A DNA stretch of 64,000 nt from Candidatus Moraniibacteriota bacterium (GCA_052034975.1 JBPOIA010000003.1:49251-113250), one strand, 5' to 3'; positions 28,194 to 38,407 are shown, numbered from the stretch's first letter. The notes: a model not told the origin generated them from the sequence alone. Program-made: numbers and translations.

Positions 28194-29456
28194 ATGGAAG
28201 CATTCGAAATCAAGGGTGGGAAGAAATTGCGAGGAATGATCGCGGTGTGCGGATCCAAGAATGCAGCGACGCCGATATTGGCCGCGACGCTTTTGACGAA
28301 AGAAACGTGTGTAATCTCCAATGTGCCGCGCATCGAGGATGTGTTTCGGATGCTGGAAATCCTTGAAAGTATGGGAGCGGAAGTAAAGTGGCGCGGCGCC
28401 CATACGGTCGCTATCACGGCGAACAATATCGATCCAGAGAAAGTGGATGTGTCGGCGGTGAAGAAACTCCGTTCTTCGATCCTGCTTCTCGGGCCGCTTG
28501 CGGCGCGTTTCAAAATATTTTCTCTGCATCATCCTGGCGGCTGTGTGATCGGCGCACGTCCGGTAGGTACGCATTTTGACGCGCTCGAAAAGCTTGGTGT
28601 GAAGAGCACCGAGAAAGAGAAAGCGTATCGAATTGACGCAAGGAAGCGTCGAGCGGCCGAAGTCGTCTTGCGCGAGATGTCCGTGACGGCGACGGAAAAT
28701 GCGATGATGCTCGCTATATTGTGTCCGGGAAAGACGGTCATCAAAATCGCGGCTGCTGAACCACACGTGGAAGACTTGGGAAAATTTCTCATTTCGATGG
28801 GAGCGCGAATCAATGGTTTGGGAACGCATACGCTCGAAATCACGGGTGTTCGTCGACTTTCTGGCACGAGGCACGCACTTATTCCGGATGCCAACGAAGC
28901 GGCAACGTTTCTTATCCTCGGCGCGGCGACGGGAAGCCCGATCACGGTCAGGAATGCTCGTGAAGAACATTTGGATTTGGTACTCGAAAAGCTCCGCGAA
29001 TTTGGCGCAGAATTTTCCATAACGAAAAATGCCATTACGGTTGTTCCGGCGAAAAAATTATCGGCGGTATCGAAGATCGACACGCGTCCGTATCCTGGTG
29101 TGCCGACCGATGTGCAGGCACCGTTCGGAGTGCTTGCGACGCAAGCTGCCGGCGAGACACTCGTGCACGATTCGCTCTTCGAAGGACGATTCAACTATGT
29201 GTCTGAATTGGAGAAAATGGGCGCCCAGGCGACGGTGCTTAATCCGCATCAAGTCGTCGTACAGGGGAAGACGCCGCTTCACGGAACGGTGATCAAGAGC
29301 TATGATTTGCGAGCTGGTGCGGCGCTTATCATCGCGGCGCTTGTGGCGCACGGAACGACGATCATCGAGGATATCTATCAGGTGGATCGTGGATATGAGC
29401 GGATAGAGGAGCGTTTGCAAAATATCGGTGCGAAGATACGACGGATACACATATGA
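28194..29456 (+). CDS. murA: UDP-N-acetylglucosamine 1-carboxyvinyltransferase
   Basis: MEAFEIKGGKKLRG..K22-like..PGGCVIGARPV..LRAGAAL. The ORF-track start at 28110 is a TTG inside a terminator hairpin. Candidate ATGs are 28179 and 28194. Confidence 0.88.
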   Translation: MEAFEIKGGKKLRGMIAVCGSKNAATPILAATLLTKETCVISNVPRIEDVFRMLEILESMGAEVKWRGAHTVAITANNIDPEKVDVSAVKKLRSSILLLGPLAARFKIFSLHHPGGCVIGARPVGTHFDALEKLGVKSTEKEKAYRIDARKRRAAEVVLREMSVTATENAMMLAILCPGKTVIKIAAAEPHVEDLGKFLISMGARINGLGTHTLEITGVRRLSGTRHALIPDANEAATFLILGAATGSPITVRNAREEHLDLVLEKLREFGAEFSITKNAITVVPAKKLSAVSKIDTRPYPGVPTDVQAPFGVLATQAAGETLVHDSLFEGRFNYVSELEKMGAQATVLNPHQVVVQGKTPLHGTVIKSYDLRAGAALIIAALVAHGTTIIEDIYQVDRGYERIEERLQNIGAKIRRIHI

Positions 29457-30463
29457 TGTTTCTCAGGAAAATCGGCATTGATCTCGGAACGGCGAATACG
29501 CTTGTGTTCGTGCCGGGACAGGGAGTGGTTATCAACGAGCCGTCAGTGGTGGCGATTTCGCTTTTGGAGAACAGGGTGCTTGCAGTCGGGAACGAAGCGA
29601 AGGAGATGCTCGGCCGGACGCCGGACACAATCGTCGCGAGCCAACCGCTCAAAGACGGTGCCATCGCGGATTATCGCATTACCGAGGCGATGCTCAAGTA
29701 TTTTCTAAACCGGGTGGGGGGACGTTTCCGGTTTTTCCGTCCAGAAGTAGTGCTGTCGATTCCGGCCGGCATTACGTCAACGGAGCGGCGCGCCGTGATC
29801 GATGCGGCGCTCAAAGCCGGAGCGAAAGCGGCCTACGTCGTAAAAGAACCGATTTTAGCGGCGATTGGTGCCGGCATTCCTATTCATACGGCACAGGGAA
29901 ATATGATCATCAATATCGGCGGAGGCACCTCGGAGATAGCTATCATTTCCTTGGGCGGAATCGTGGCGGCACACAGTGCGCGTGTCGGTGGCAATCGTAT
30001 CGACCAGGCCATCGCGGATTCTATCAAGCGCAAGTATAGCCTAGCAATCGGCGATCGGACGGCGGAAGAGGTGAAGATGAGAATTGGTTCGGCGATCGCG
30101 CAGGTAAAGGAGGATCATATGGAAGTGCGCGGCCGCGACCTGATGGGCGGACTGCCGAAGACGGTCGTCATCTCGTCGAACGAAGTGACGGAAGCCATCC
30201 AAGACGAACTTCGTGAAATCATCAACGTTATCAAACAGGTGCTTCAGGAAACGCCGCCGGAATTGGCGGCGGACATTATGGACAAGGGAATGGTGCTTTC
30301 CGGCGGGACGGCACAGTTGAAGCATCTCGACCAGCTGATTTCGAAAACGATCAATGTGCCGTGCTACGTGGCGGATGACCCGGCTTTCTGTGTCGTGAAA
30401 GGTACCGGTATCGTGCTTGAGAATCTCGACACCTACAAGCGGAGTATTATGCTCGCGAAGTAA
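29453..30463 (+). CDS. mreB: Rod-shape determining protein MreB
   Basis: IGIDLGTANTLV..NEPSVVA..GGGTSEIAIISLGGIV..GDRTAEEVK. Start ATG overlaps the murA stop (ATATGATG). Confidence 0.93.
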   Translation: MMFLRKIGIDLGTANTLVFVPGQGVVINEPSVVAISLLENRVLAVGNEAKEMLGRTPDTIVASQPLKDGAIADYRITEAMLKYFLNRVGGRFRFFRPEVVLSIPAGITSTERRAVIDAALKAGAKAAYVVKEPILAAIGAGIPIHTAQGNMIINIGGGTSEIAIISLGGIVAAHSARVGGNRIDQAIADSIKRKYSLAIGDRTAEEVKMRIGSAIAQVKEDHMEVRGRDLMGGLPKTVVISSNEVTEAIQDELREIINVIKQVLQETPPELAADIMDKGMVLSGGTAQLKHLDQLISKTINVPCYVADDPAFCVVKGTGIVLENLDTYKRSIMLAK

Positions 30464-30536
30464 TCAGTTAACAAATAACAGAAAATAAAGAAGCGGGCCC
30501 ATACCGGATATTTCTTTGTTTCTTGTTAATTGCTGT

Positions 30537-31640
30537 ATGTTGATTGGAATCGACGCCTCGCGGGCGTTTCTCAGGCGGCGGACGGGTATCGAGGAGTACG
30601 CCTATCAGGTCATTGGCCATCTGCGTTTTGCGCTTCCGGAAGATACCCGTGTCGTGCTCTATGTCCGATCGGATCAGGATGTGACGCTTGATCTTCCGCG
30701 GGGTTGGCAGGCGAAGAAACTTTGGTCGCCACGATTGTGGACTCAGGCGCGTCTGTCGCTCGAAATGTTCCTTCATCCGCCGGATGTCTTGTTCGTGCCG
30801 GCCCATACGGTACCGCTTATCCATCCGAAGAAAACCGTCGTGACGATTCATGGCCTGGAATACGAATTCTGCCCAAAGGCCTATTCGTTGTGGGAGCGGC
30901 TCTATATGAGGTGCTCGATCCGTTTCTCATGCCGCGCGGCTAAGACCGTGGTGTGCGTGTCGGAGAACACTAAGAGGGACGTGATGCGGCTGTATGGCGT
31001 ACGGCCAGAAAAAATAAAAGTCGTATACGAAGGTTACGAAAAAAATCTTCCCGCTCCTCTTTCTCATCTCCCATCAAATCCTCATTCTCAATTTCCAATT
31101 TCCAAACCGTACTTGTTGTTTATCGGGAGGTTGGAGGAAAGAAAAAACATCATTCGGATCATCGAAGCGTTCAAGATATTGAAAGAAAAATACCGGATAC
31201 CGCATCGGTTGGTGCTTGTCGGAAAGCCGGGACACGGATATCAAAAAATAAAATCTAAAATTGAAGATCTCGAATCGGAAATCTGCATCGAAGAACGGGG
31301 ATACGTGACGGAAGAAGAGAAATGGGAGCTGCTTTTGGGTACGGAGGCATTCCTTTTTCCGACGCTTTATGAAGGGTTCGGTATTCCGGTGCTCGAGGCA
31401 CAGTCGGTCGGCGTACCGGTAGTGACATCGGACGTCTCGTCTTTGCCGGAAGTAGGGGGCGAAGGAGCGGTCTATGTCGACCCGAAGGATGCGGAGAGTA
31501 TTGCCGGGGGTATTTGGAAACTTCTTTCGGATGCGGATGTCAGGGATGATATAATGATGAAAGGAAGCGAAAATGCGAAGAAATTCAGCTGGGAAAAGTG
31601 TGCGGTATCGATTGCTGAAATTCTGACGCAGGAGAGATAA
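30537..31640 (+). CDS. GT4-family glycosyltransferase
   Basis: C-terminal GT4 signature FLFPTLYEGFGIPVLEAQSVGVPVVTS (EX7E). The ORF-track start at 30516 is TTG; first ATG is 30537 (MLIGIDAS). Confidence 0.82.
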   Translation: MLIGIDASRAFLRRRTGIEEYAYQVIGHLRFALPEDTRVVLYVRSDQDVTLDLPRGWQAKKLWSPRLWTQARLSLEMFLHPPDVLFVPAHTVPLIHPKKTVVTIHGLEYEFCPKAYSLWERLYMRCSIRFSCRAAKTVVCVSENTKRDVMRLYGVRPEKIKVVYEGYEKNLPAPLSHLPSNPHSQFPISKPYLLFIGRLEERKNIIRIIEAFKILKEKYRIPHRLVLVGKPGHGYQKIKSKIEDLESEICIEERGYVTEEEKWELLLGTEAFLFPTLYEGFGIPVLEAQSVGVPVVTSDVSSLPEVGGEGAVYVDPKDAESIAGGIWKLLSDADVRDDIMMKGSENAKKFSWEKCAVSIAEILTQER

Positions 31641-31659
31641 GAATTGATCGTACAGCGTG

Positions 31660-32787
31660 ATGGAAGTGACACGAACAGCGGGAATAAAAGGAGCTTTGGT
31701 ACACGATTTTTTGGTGTCTTACGGCGGAGCGGAGCGGGCGTTCCAGGCAATTGCCGAATTGTATCCGGAAGCGCCGATCTATACGCTGCTCGCCAGTCCC
31801 GAACTTGTCGAAAAGTATTTCAAGGGACGCGATATCCGCGTCTCGTGGCTTGGGAAACTGCCAAGATGGATCCGCAAGCGTTACCGGTTGTTTTTGCCAT
31901 TTTTCCCGTCGGCGGTCGAGGCGTTCGATCTCCGCGAATTCGACTTGGTCGTGTCGTCGTCTAGCGCATGGGGAAAAGGTATTGTGACACGGCTCAACAC
32001 CAAGCATATCGCCTATCTCCATTCGCCGATGCGGTACGCGTGGGATTATCACGAACAGTACCTCTCCGAGCTCGGCGCTCGGGGGAAGTTTTCTTTGTTT
32101 ACACGGGCGCTTCTTTCGTATCTGCGCGTATGGGACAGGCAGGCAGCGGAGCGACCGGATTTCCTTATTGCGAATTCTCGATACACGGAGGCGCGCATCG
32201 AGAAATATTACCGGAGAGAAAGCGTGGTGATCTATCCACCCGTATCGTTTACCGAGACACCCCGTATCGTAACGGAAAGCATTCGGAAACGGGACTATTT
32301 TTTGGTCGTATCAAGATTAACGCGTTCCAAAAAGGTAGACGTGGTTGTCGAGGCATTTAATAAGCTCGGTCTCCCGCTCGTTATCGTGGGAAGCGGTCCG
32401 GAAGAAGAGAGTCTACGAAAAAAGGCGAACAGGAACATTACGTTTACTGGATTTGTCGAGGATAGTCGACTCGTCGAATTGTATGCCGGAGCGCGAGCAC
32501 TCCTTTTTCCTTCCGAAGAAGATTTCGGTCTCGCGGCGGCAGAAGCGCTCTCGTTTGGGACTCCGGTCATCGCGTTCGAGTACGGCGGAATCCGCGAAAT
32601 CGTGGAGTCTGGTAAGACAGGCGAACTGTATCACGCACAGACGCCGGAGATTGCCGCAGAGGGCGTACGGCGGTTTTTGAAAAATGAGGGGAAGTATGAT
32701 ATCGATTTTATGAAAGCGTCGGTGGCGCATCTGACAAAAGAACGATTTCAGGAAGAGATGAGAAGATTTTTAGAGGAATACGTATAA
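31660..32787 (+). CDS. GT4-family glycosyltransferase
   Basis: LLFPSEEDFGLAAAEALSFGTPVIAFEYGGIREIV (EX7E). The ORF-track start at 31657 is GTG; ATG is at 31660. Confidence 0.82.
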   Translation: MEVTRTAGIKGALVHDFLVSYGGAERAFQAIAELYPEAPIYTLLASPELVEKYFKGRDIRVSWLGKLPRWIRKRYRLFLPFFPSAVEAFDLREFDLVVSSSSAWGKGIVTRLNTKHIAYLHSPMRYAWDYHEQYLSELGARGKFSLFTRALLSYLRVWDRQAAERPDFLIANSRYTEARIEKYYRRESVVIYPPVSFTETPRIVTESIRKRDYFLVVSRLTRSKKVDVVVEAFNKLGLPLVIVGSGPEEESLRKKANRNITFTGFVEDSRLVELYAGARALLFPSEEDFGLAAAEALSFGTPVIAFEYGGIREIVESGKTGELYHAQTPEIAAEGVRRFLKNEGKYDIDFMKASVAHLTKERFQEEMRRFLEEYV

Positions 32788-32911
32788 GAATGTCAAAGTT
32801 CAAATGACAAATATCAAATCAATGATTCAAATCGAAATGTCAAAAGCGCTTTTTAAACATTTGGAAATTTAGATTTGATTTGGCATTTGAAATTTGGATT
32901 TTGAAATTGAT
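32788..32911. repeat. AT-rich about 120-bp imperfect palindrome of CAAAT / ATTTG-type repeats centred on AAAGCGCTTT, upstream of holB
   Basis: Left half carries TGTCAAAG, TGACAAAT, TCAAATC, TTCAAATC, TGTCAAAAG. Right half carries their complements CATTTGG, ATTTGATTTGG, CATTTGAAATTTGG, ATTTTGAAATTGA. Centre AAAGCGCTTT at 32843-32852 is perfectly palindromic. Confidence 0.55.
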
Positions 32912-33820
32912 ATGTTCATCATCGGCCACCAAAAAGAAAGAAAAAAGCTTTCCAACATCGCGAAAAGTAAGAATGTCGCGCAGAGTTATATTTTTACCGG
33001 ACCTCAGGGGGTAGGCAAGGGTCTGTGCGCTCTTGAGTTCGCTTCTCTGCTTGTTGGCGATCCCTTGTTTGAGTCGGTTTCCGAGCGGCCACACCCGTTT
33101 GATGTTATGATCGTCCGTCCCGAAGAGGAGACGAAACGAGGCGTGACAAAAATGAGAAATATCGCCGTCGAGACGGTTCGTGACGCGCTCTTATTTCTCG
33201 GGAATTTTCCGGTTTCCGGAACGTATCGGGTGGTGATCATTGAGGATGCACAGAGGCTTTCGATGACTGCGCAGAACGCTCTTTTGAAGACGCTGGAAGA
33301 GCCGAACGCGTCATCGGTCATCATTCTGGTTACTCATGAGAAGGGAAGCATCGTGCCGACGATTCTCTCACGCACGGAGGAAGTACGGTTCGATTTCGTT
33401 CCTGAACAGGAGATACAAAACGGGATAGAGATGATGGGGTTTCCTGCGGCGGAACGCGAGGCGATTGCCCCATTTTTCTTCTCTCTCGGGCGGCCAGGAA
33501 TGATTCTTCGAGCGCTTTGCGATCCGGAAGCGTTCGCGGCCGATCGGACGATGCTCGCACAGCTTTTTCGTCTTTCGGCGCTTTCCGTGATCGAGAGACT
33601 CGCGCTTTCGGAACGGCTGGGTACAGATGTTCCGTGCGCGATACGATTGCTCGAATGGTGGCTGCCCGGATTACACGCCCAGGCATTCAAGGCGGTCGAG
33701 CGCGGTGGAACAGGGAGATTCTTCCTGCTTTTGGAAAATACCGAGCGAACAGTCGGTCTCCTAAAGACGACCCAGGGCAATGCGCGGCTTCTCCTGGAAA
33801 AACTTTTTCTCGGAGTGTAG
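32912..33820 (+). CDS. holB: DNA polymerase III delta-prime subunit
   Basis: AQSYIFTGPQGVGKGLCALEFA (degenerate Walker A), VVIIEDAQRLSMTAQNALLKTLEEP and ILVTHEKGSIVPTILSRT (sensor / SRC-like). The ORF-track start at 32894 is TTG; ATG is at 32912. Confidence 0.78.
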   Translation: MFIIGHQKERKKLSNIAKSKNVAQSYIFTGPQGVGKGLCALEFASLLVGDPLFESVSERPHPFDVMIVRPEEETKRGVTKMRNIAVETVRDALLFLGNFPVSGTYRVVIIEDAQRLSMTAQNALLKTLEEPNASSVIILVTHEKGSIVPTILSRTEEVRFDFVPEQEIQNGIEMMGFPAAEREAIAPFFFSLGRPGMILRALCDPEAFAADRTMLAQLFRLSALSVIERLALSERLGTDVPCAIRLLEWWLPGLHAQAFKAVERGGTGRFFLLLENTERTVGLLKTTQGNARLLLEKLFLGV

Positions 33821-33850
33821 GTTTTTTGTCTTGGGACGAGAATATTTTGA

Positions 33851-34825
33851 ATGCGTATGCGTTTTCTTTCGAAACCACAACCGAAACGGGAAAAACGCGG
33901 CTGGTTCACGTCGAAAAAAACGCGCCGGGAACAGTTGGAAACGACCAAAAAGGATTCGAAACGGTCTTGTATGGGTATACTTATCCTGTGGGGATTGTTT
34001 TTGGCGACAGCGCTGTATATCGCGTTGTATTCCTCATATATTCGCATCGGACGGATCGCGGTATATGGAACGGAGAAAATCGCTTCGGAAACCGTCCGGG
34101 ACTTCATCGACCGAGAACTTTCGGGAAAGTTTCTTGGCATCGTTCCGCGTGACGGATTTTTTGCTGTGCGTGAGGCGGCGATCGAAGCGGATATCGAAAA
34201 CGCATTCCCGCTGTTTTCAGATGTCTCGATAACGCGCGGATTTCCCGATCGGATCGATGTCAACGTCGTTGAACGGACGAGTATCATGCTTTGGTGTTCG
34301 CAGGAAAAATGTTTCCTACTCGATGAGTCGGGAATGCTTCGAGAAAATGAACGGGTATTTTCCGAAGAAAATTCGACTTTTGTTCTTAAGGTGACGGATC
34401 TGAGCGAGCGCTCCGCTGAGGCGGGCCAAAAAGTTTTTGATTGGGATTTTTCGTCGTTTGTCGGAACGATCCAGTCGGCATTTCTGAACCGGCTTGGCCT
34501 GGGAACGGAAACTTCCTACAAGACGGCATCGCGGTTCGCCGAGGACATCCGTGTAAGAACGGATGAAGGATGGGAAGCATACCTGAGTACGCGTGTCCCG
34601 GCGGAAGTTTCAGCCGGAATACTCAATCTCTTGTTCGAGAAGGAATTGCCGAAAGAAAAACGATCCGGATTGAAGTACATCGATCTTCGGACAGAGAATC
34701 GTATTTATTATGCATTTCAGGACGGTGTCGAACAGGCGGCGGGAACGTCGGGACAGGAAAATGCAGAAAAACAGCCCGATAGTTCGAAAATCGAAAAAAG
34801 CGACAAGAAAAAACCTGATCGATAA
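33851..34825 (+). CDS. FtsQ/DivIB-like cell-division protein (single TM + POTRA-like domain)
   Basis: Basic cytoplasmic N-terminus, TM GILILWGLFLATALYIALY, then IRIGRIAVYGTEKIASETVRDFI, a POTRA-like start. Acidic C-terminal tail. Confidence 0.6.
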   Translation: MRMRFLSKPQPKREKRGWFTSKKTRREQLETTKKDSKRSCMGILILWGLFLATALYIALYSSYIRIGRIAVYGTEKIASETVRDFIDRELSGKFLGIVPRDGFFAVREAAIEADIENAFPLFSDVSITRGFPDRIDVNVVERTSIMLWCSQEKCFLLDESGMLRENERVFSEENSTFVLKVTDLSERSAEAGQKVFDWDFSSFVGTIQSAFLNRLGLGTETSYKTASRFAEDIRVRTDEGWEAYLSTRVPAEVSAGILNLLFEKELPKEKRSGLKYIDLRTENRIYYAFQDGVEQAAGTSGQENAEKQPDSSKIEKSDKKKPDR

Positions 34826-34833
34826 GAAGAGTC

Positions 34834-36726
34834 TTAATCTCCGGCAGCGGGGATGTAGTAGATGAAGAACGCATCGCCGGCCCGAGCGATCGGGGCATAA
34901 TCAGAGAGCCACGCGTAGGTCTGCTTGCCGGACGGATTCGGCTTATAGAGGCTTTCCTGGTAGAAGAATGCTGAAATAGCGTACCAACCGGGTTCAATCG
35001 GACGTTCGTCCCACCAGGGAATATACTTGTCGCCGAGGTAATAGGCTGGTTTTGAGCCGCCGAAGTAATCGACGCGGATTTTGTCGATTGCGGGATAGTC
35101 GGACAGGAGGCATTGATCGGTGGAAGTGGCGCCTCCTGTCGCGCAGCGGTTCTGATCGTCGATGAAGACCTTGAGATGTTTGAGGTCTTGTCCCCAATCG
35201 TAGTTCGAATCAGTGACGTATCGGTAACCTTCCGTATGCCCGCCTGCTGCGGCATTGAAGTACGAGAGATAGCTCGGGTATGAAAGGACCGGGATAGCGA
35301 TGAGCACGAACGAGAATCCGCCGACGATGAGAGAAAAAGCTTTTCGGGTAAGAGGATCGTTCTGATGTTTCAAGAAATCGAAGAGAGTCTTGGCGATGAG
35401 CATATACAGGAAAGGGAGAATCGGAAAGAGGTGTCGGAAGCCAATGGTCAGATTACCGGTAACGCTGACGTATGTGTAAAAGAGAATGAAGAAGACTGAG
35501 AGGTATTGAGCGATCCTGGACTGGAATGATTGGACGAGGAGGGAGAAGAAGGAAGAGGTTTTTACCGAGAGGACTTTGCTGATTCGATACAGGCCATAGC
35601 CGGCCGAGGCGAGGAGAAGAAAGAGGAACGGAAGGGTTTCTTTGAGGAGGAAGACGACCGGGAAGTAGAACATCGAGGCACGATCGGAAACAACGCCGAG
35701 AAAATAATGGACATTTCCGGAGGCGACACGCGCGAAGACCATCGCGACACCGAGGAAGTATTCCGAAAGCGGTTTGAGGAATCGTGAAGCGCTGGTATCG
35801 ACGACGAGCGTATGCGCGAAACGGGCCGGAAGATTGTTTTGGGAAAGATGCTGGTCAGCCAGTTCCACAAGCTTTTCTTCCGGCATATGGAGCGTATTCC
35901 AGGCATAGAGCGACCAAATGAGGGTGAAGCAGACGAGGATGCTTCCGGCATATCGGAAGAGATAGTTTAAAAGTGTTTGAAATTTGAAACGTGCGACGGA
36001 ACGCGTCTCGTAGGATGGTTTTTGTTTGGTCAAAGCGTACAACATCGTGAAGAGACCGAAAATGGGAAACAGGAGTACGGCGGAAAATTTCGTCAGCTCG
36101 GCAAGCCCAAGGAAGATGCCGGCGACGGCCATATTTCTCAGACTTGGATATTTGAGGAACCGGACAAAGAAATAGAAGGCGAAGAAAATGAATGCGGCGC
36201 TGCCAATATCGGTCGTGACGTAGTGGCTGTGTGCGATGATATTAGGATCAGTGACATAAAGAAGGGTTGCGAAAAGCCCGGCGAGCGTGCCACCGAGCTC
36301 GCGTGTCCAAAGGAAAATGCCGATACCGAGGAAAACGGCGATGAGCGTGATCGGCAAGCGTGACCACAGCAGAATGGCATCGGCATCGTTACAGGCCTTT
36401 TTTGGTTCGGTGCAGTTCAAGAAGAGATCGCCGAGCACCCATTGTTCGTTGATACCTTTGCGCCATTCCTTTGCCTTGTACGGAAAAGAGACGGAAAGGA
36501 ATTGGAGCGGGATGCCAGAGAGATCCTTGATGAGCGGCGGATGCTCCGGATTAAGGCGCATATCGGAGGCATCGACATACGTATAGGCCGCGGGAATATG
36601 GGCACGCTCATCGAATGTGGCGGATTCCTGGGAAGAGATGACGGTCGAAAGGATAAAAAATGCGAGTAGGAGGAGAGCGACGATTCGTGGTGCGCAGGTT
36701 CTGAGCGTATCCATAGAGGATTTCAT
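34834..36726 (-). CDS. GT-C fold membrane glycosyltransferase, GT39/PMT-like (phospholipid-carrier-dependent)
   Basis: N-terminal loop motif ATFDERAHIPAAYTYV..RLNPEHPPLIKDL is diagnostic for PMT/GT39-type enzymes. About 11 TM helices plus an extracytoplasmic C-terminal domain of about 180 aa. ATG overlaps the stop of the upstream gene (TAATG). Confidence 0.8.
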   Translation of the reverse strand: MKSSMDTLRTCAPRIVALLLLAFFILSTVISSQESATFDERAHIPAAYTYVDASDMRLNPEHPPLIKDLSGIPLQFLSVSFPYKAKEWRKGINEQWVLGDLFLNCTEPKKACNDADAILLWSRLPITLIAVFLGIGIFLWTRELGGTLAGLFATLLYVTDPNIIAHSHYVTTDIGSAAFIFFAFYFFVRFLKYPSLRNMAVAGIFLGLAELTKFSAVLLFPIFGLFTMLYALTKQKPSYETRSVARFKFQTLLNYLFRYAGSILVCFTLIWSLYAWNTLHMPEEKLVELADQHLSQNNLPARFAHTLVVDTSASRFLKPLSEYFLGVAMVFARVASGNVHYFLGVVSDRASMFYFPVVFLLKETLPFLFLLLASAGYGLYRISKVLSVKTSSFFSLLVQSFQSRIAQYLSVFFILFYTYVSVTGNLTIGFRHLFPILPFLYMLIAKTLFDFLKHQNDPLTRKAFSLIVGGFSFVLIAIPVLSYPSYLSYFNAAAGGHTEGYRYVTDSNYDWGQDLKHLKVFIDDQNRCATGGATSTDQCLLSDYPAIDKIRVDYFGGSKPAYYLGDKYIPWWDERPIEPGWYAISAFFYQESLYKPNPSGKQTYAWLSDYAPIARAGDAFFIYYIPAAGD

Positions 36727-38333
36727 TAAGGGAGACGGATAATTACGAAAGCGCTGTCGGTACCGGGTCGGAGGTCGATCGTCTCAGTACGAGTTCCCGG
36801 AGCTCTTTTGAGGATATTTCCGATGATCTGTTCATCCTGGGAGGCGAAGATGATGACACTGTTGCCTGTTTTGATGTTCACGTCGGAGTCCGGCAGGAGA
36901 TAGGTCAGATTCTCGACCCGGCCGGTCGTGAAAAAGACGATCGGTTGCACGTTGATCGGGAGGCGGTTACCGACAATTTTGCTCCGGTCAGTCGAAACGA
37001 CGTATTTGTGTGTTTCTTCCGGCAAAGAAAGGAGGTATTCGCTGATATTACGGTAGTTGAGATTGAATGATGACGCCTGGCTCGGGCTGTGGGCGAAAAA
37101 AACGAAGTATTTGACGATATTGAAGAGCGCGCTGATGCCGAAAAGGAGGATAAGGATCGAGATGAGTACGCCACGGACGATCGGTGTTGAGCGGAACGTC
37201 TTTCTTATGAGCCAAAGAGCGGGGAGTGTCGCGAAGAGAAAGACCGGCGTCTGGGTGCCGATGGCGCGGAGTGCGTGTGGCAAACCTTCGTTCGTAAGGA
37301 ATTCCGGCATCAGCATTACAAAGAACGACGCGAGCAAAAAGACGTTTCTTGCGAGGCGTGTGTCGCGGTCATTGTTGCGGAAACGTCGTCCGAGGAGAAG
37401 GACGGTCTGCCAGACGACGAAGAGGAATCCGGCCAGGAAAAGCGTTCCGACGACGGGGTCGAGGATCGGGTAGGGCGGGTAATTATGTCGCCAGTTTTGG
37501 TCGCCGAAGAAATTGTATTTGATGAGCGAGAGACCGAAGGTTTTACCGAGCGTGCCCCAGAAATCACCGTGGTTGACGGTTGGCGAGAAAATGGAGACCG
37601 CTGCCGAGCGCGAAGCGAAATCTTCCGGATGAGAGATGAAGAAATGATAGAGCATCGGGGAAGCAGCGACAAAGGCGGCGAAAACGAACACGAGTGCGTG
37701 TTTGAAATAGCGGCGCAAGAATTTCTCATAGGAAAGCATTAGCGCCGGCAAGAGGATGATAAGGATGAGCGGTGCGAGACGAAACGCGACGTAGGTATGC
37801 AGCCCGAAACCGAAGAAAAGTCCGCTCCAGAGGAAGTCTCGGAAACGTTGAGTGCGCAGGCCGCGGAAGAAGAAAAAGAACGAGAAGCTAAGCAGGAAAG
37901 AAGTCATAATCGCGCGGAAACCGATGCGCGAGAAGTTGATGGCCCAGAATGAGGTGGCGGTGATAAAAGCGGCGACGAGTCCCGCGGCGCGGCGTTTGAA
38001 GAGCTCGCTTGCGAGCAGATACAATCCGAGGACGGTCAGAGTGCCGAAGATGACGGACCAAAGTTTGAGGACGGGAACGGTCGGACCGAAGACTTTGAGC
38101 GCGAGCGCCTGCAGATTGATGAAAAGTCCTTCGCGGCCGTAATTGTTTTCGTAGAAGAGGAGGTAGTTTCCGGTCTCGTTGGCATACATCGCGTCGGCGG
38201 CATTGACGGCCTCATCGGGATACAAACCGCTCGGAATATTCGCGATATCATAGCTCCGGAGGAAAAGCGCGAGCAGCAAAAAAAACGCGAGAGCGGCCAG
38301 GGCGAGAGAGCGTGGCGTTTCGTTTTGAAACAT
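36726..38333 (-). CDS. GT-C fold membrane glycosyltransferase, ArnT/GT39-like
   Basis: SGLYPDEAVNAADAMY (DE motif loop) and multiple TM helices. Translationally coupled to the downstream GT-C paralogue. Confidence 0.75.
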   Translation of the reverse strand: MFQNETPRSLALAALAFFLLLALFLRSYDIANIPSGLYPDEAVNAADAMYANETGNYLLFYENNYGREGLFINLQALALKVFGPTVPVLKLWSVIFGTLTVLGLYLLASELFKRRAAGLVAAFITATSFWAINFSRIGFRAIMTSFLLSFSFFFFFRGLRTQRFRDFLWSGLFFGFGLHTYVAFRLAPLILIILLPALMLSYEKFLRRYFKHALVFVFAAFVAASPMLYHFFISHPEDFASRSAAVSIFSPTVNHGDFWGTLGKTFGLSLIKYNFFGDQNWRHNYPPYPILDPVVGTLFLAGFLFVVWQTVLLLGRRFRNNDRDTRLARNVFLLASFFVMLMPEFLTNEGLPHALRAIGTQTPVFLFATLPALWLIRKTFRSTPIVRGVLISILILLFGISALFNIVKYFVFFAHSPSQASSFNLNYRNISEYLLSLPEETHKYVVSTDRSKIVGNRLPINVQPIVFFTTGRVENLTYLLPDSDVNIKTGNSVIIFASQDEQIIGNILKRAPGTRTETIDLRPGTDSAFVIIRLP

Positions 38334-38407
38334 ACGTTTTTGTTTTCTGTTTCTTGTGTTAGAATTATAGCAAATGAGAAGCGTTTCCGAAAGTTAAGAT
38401 ACCTGGA

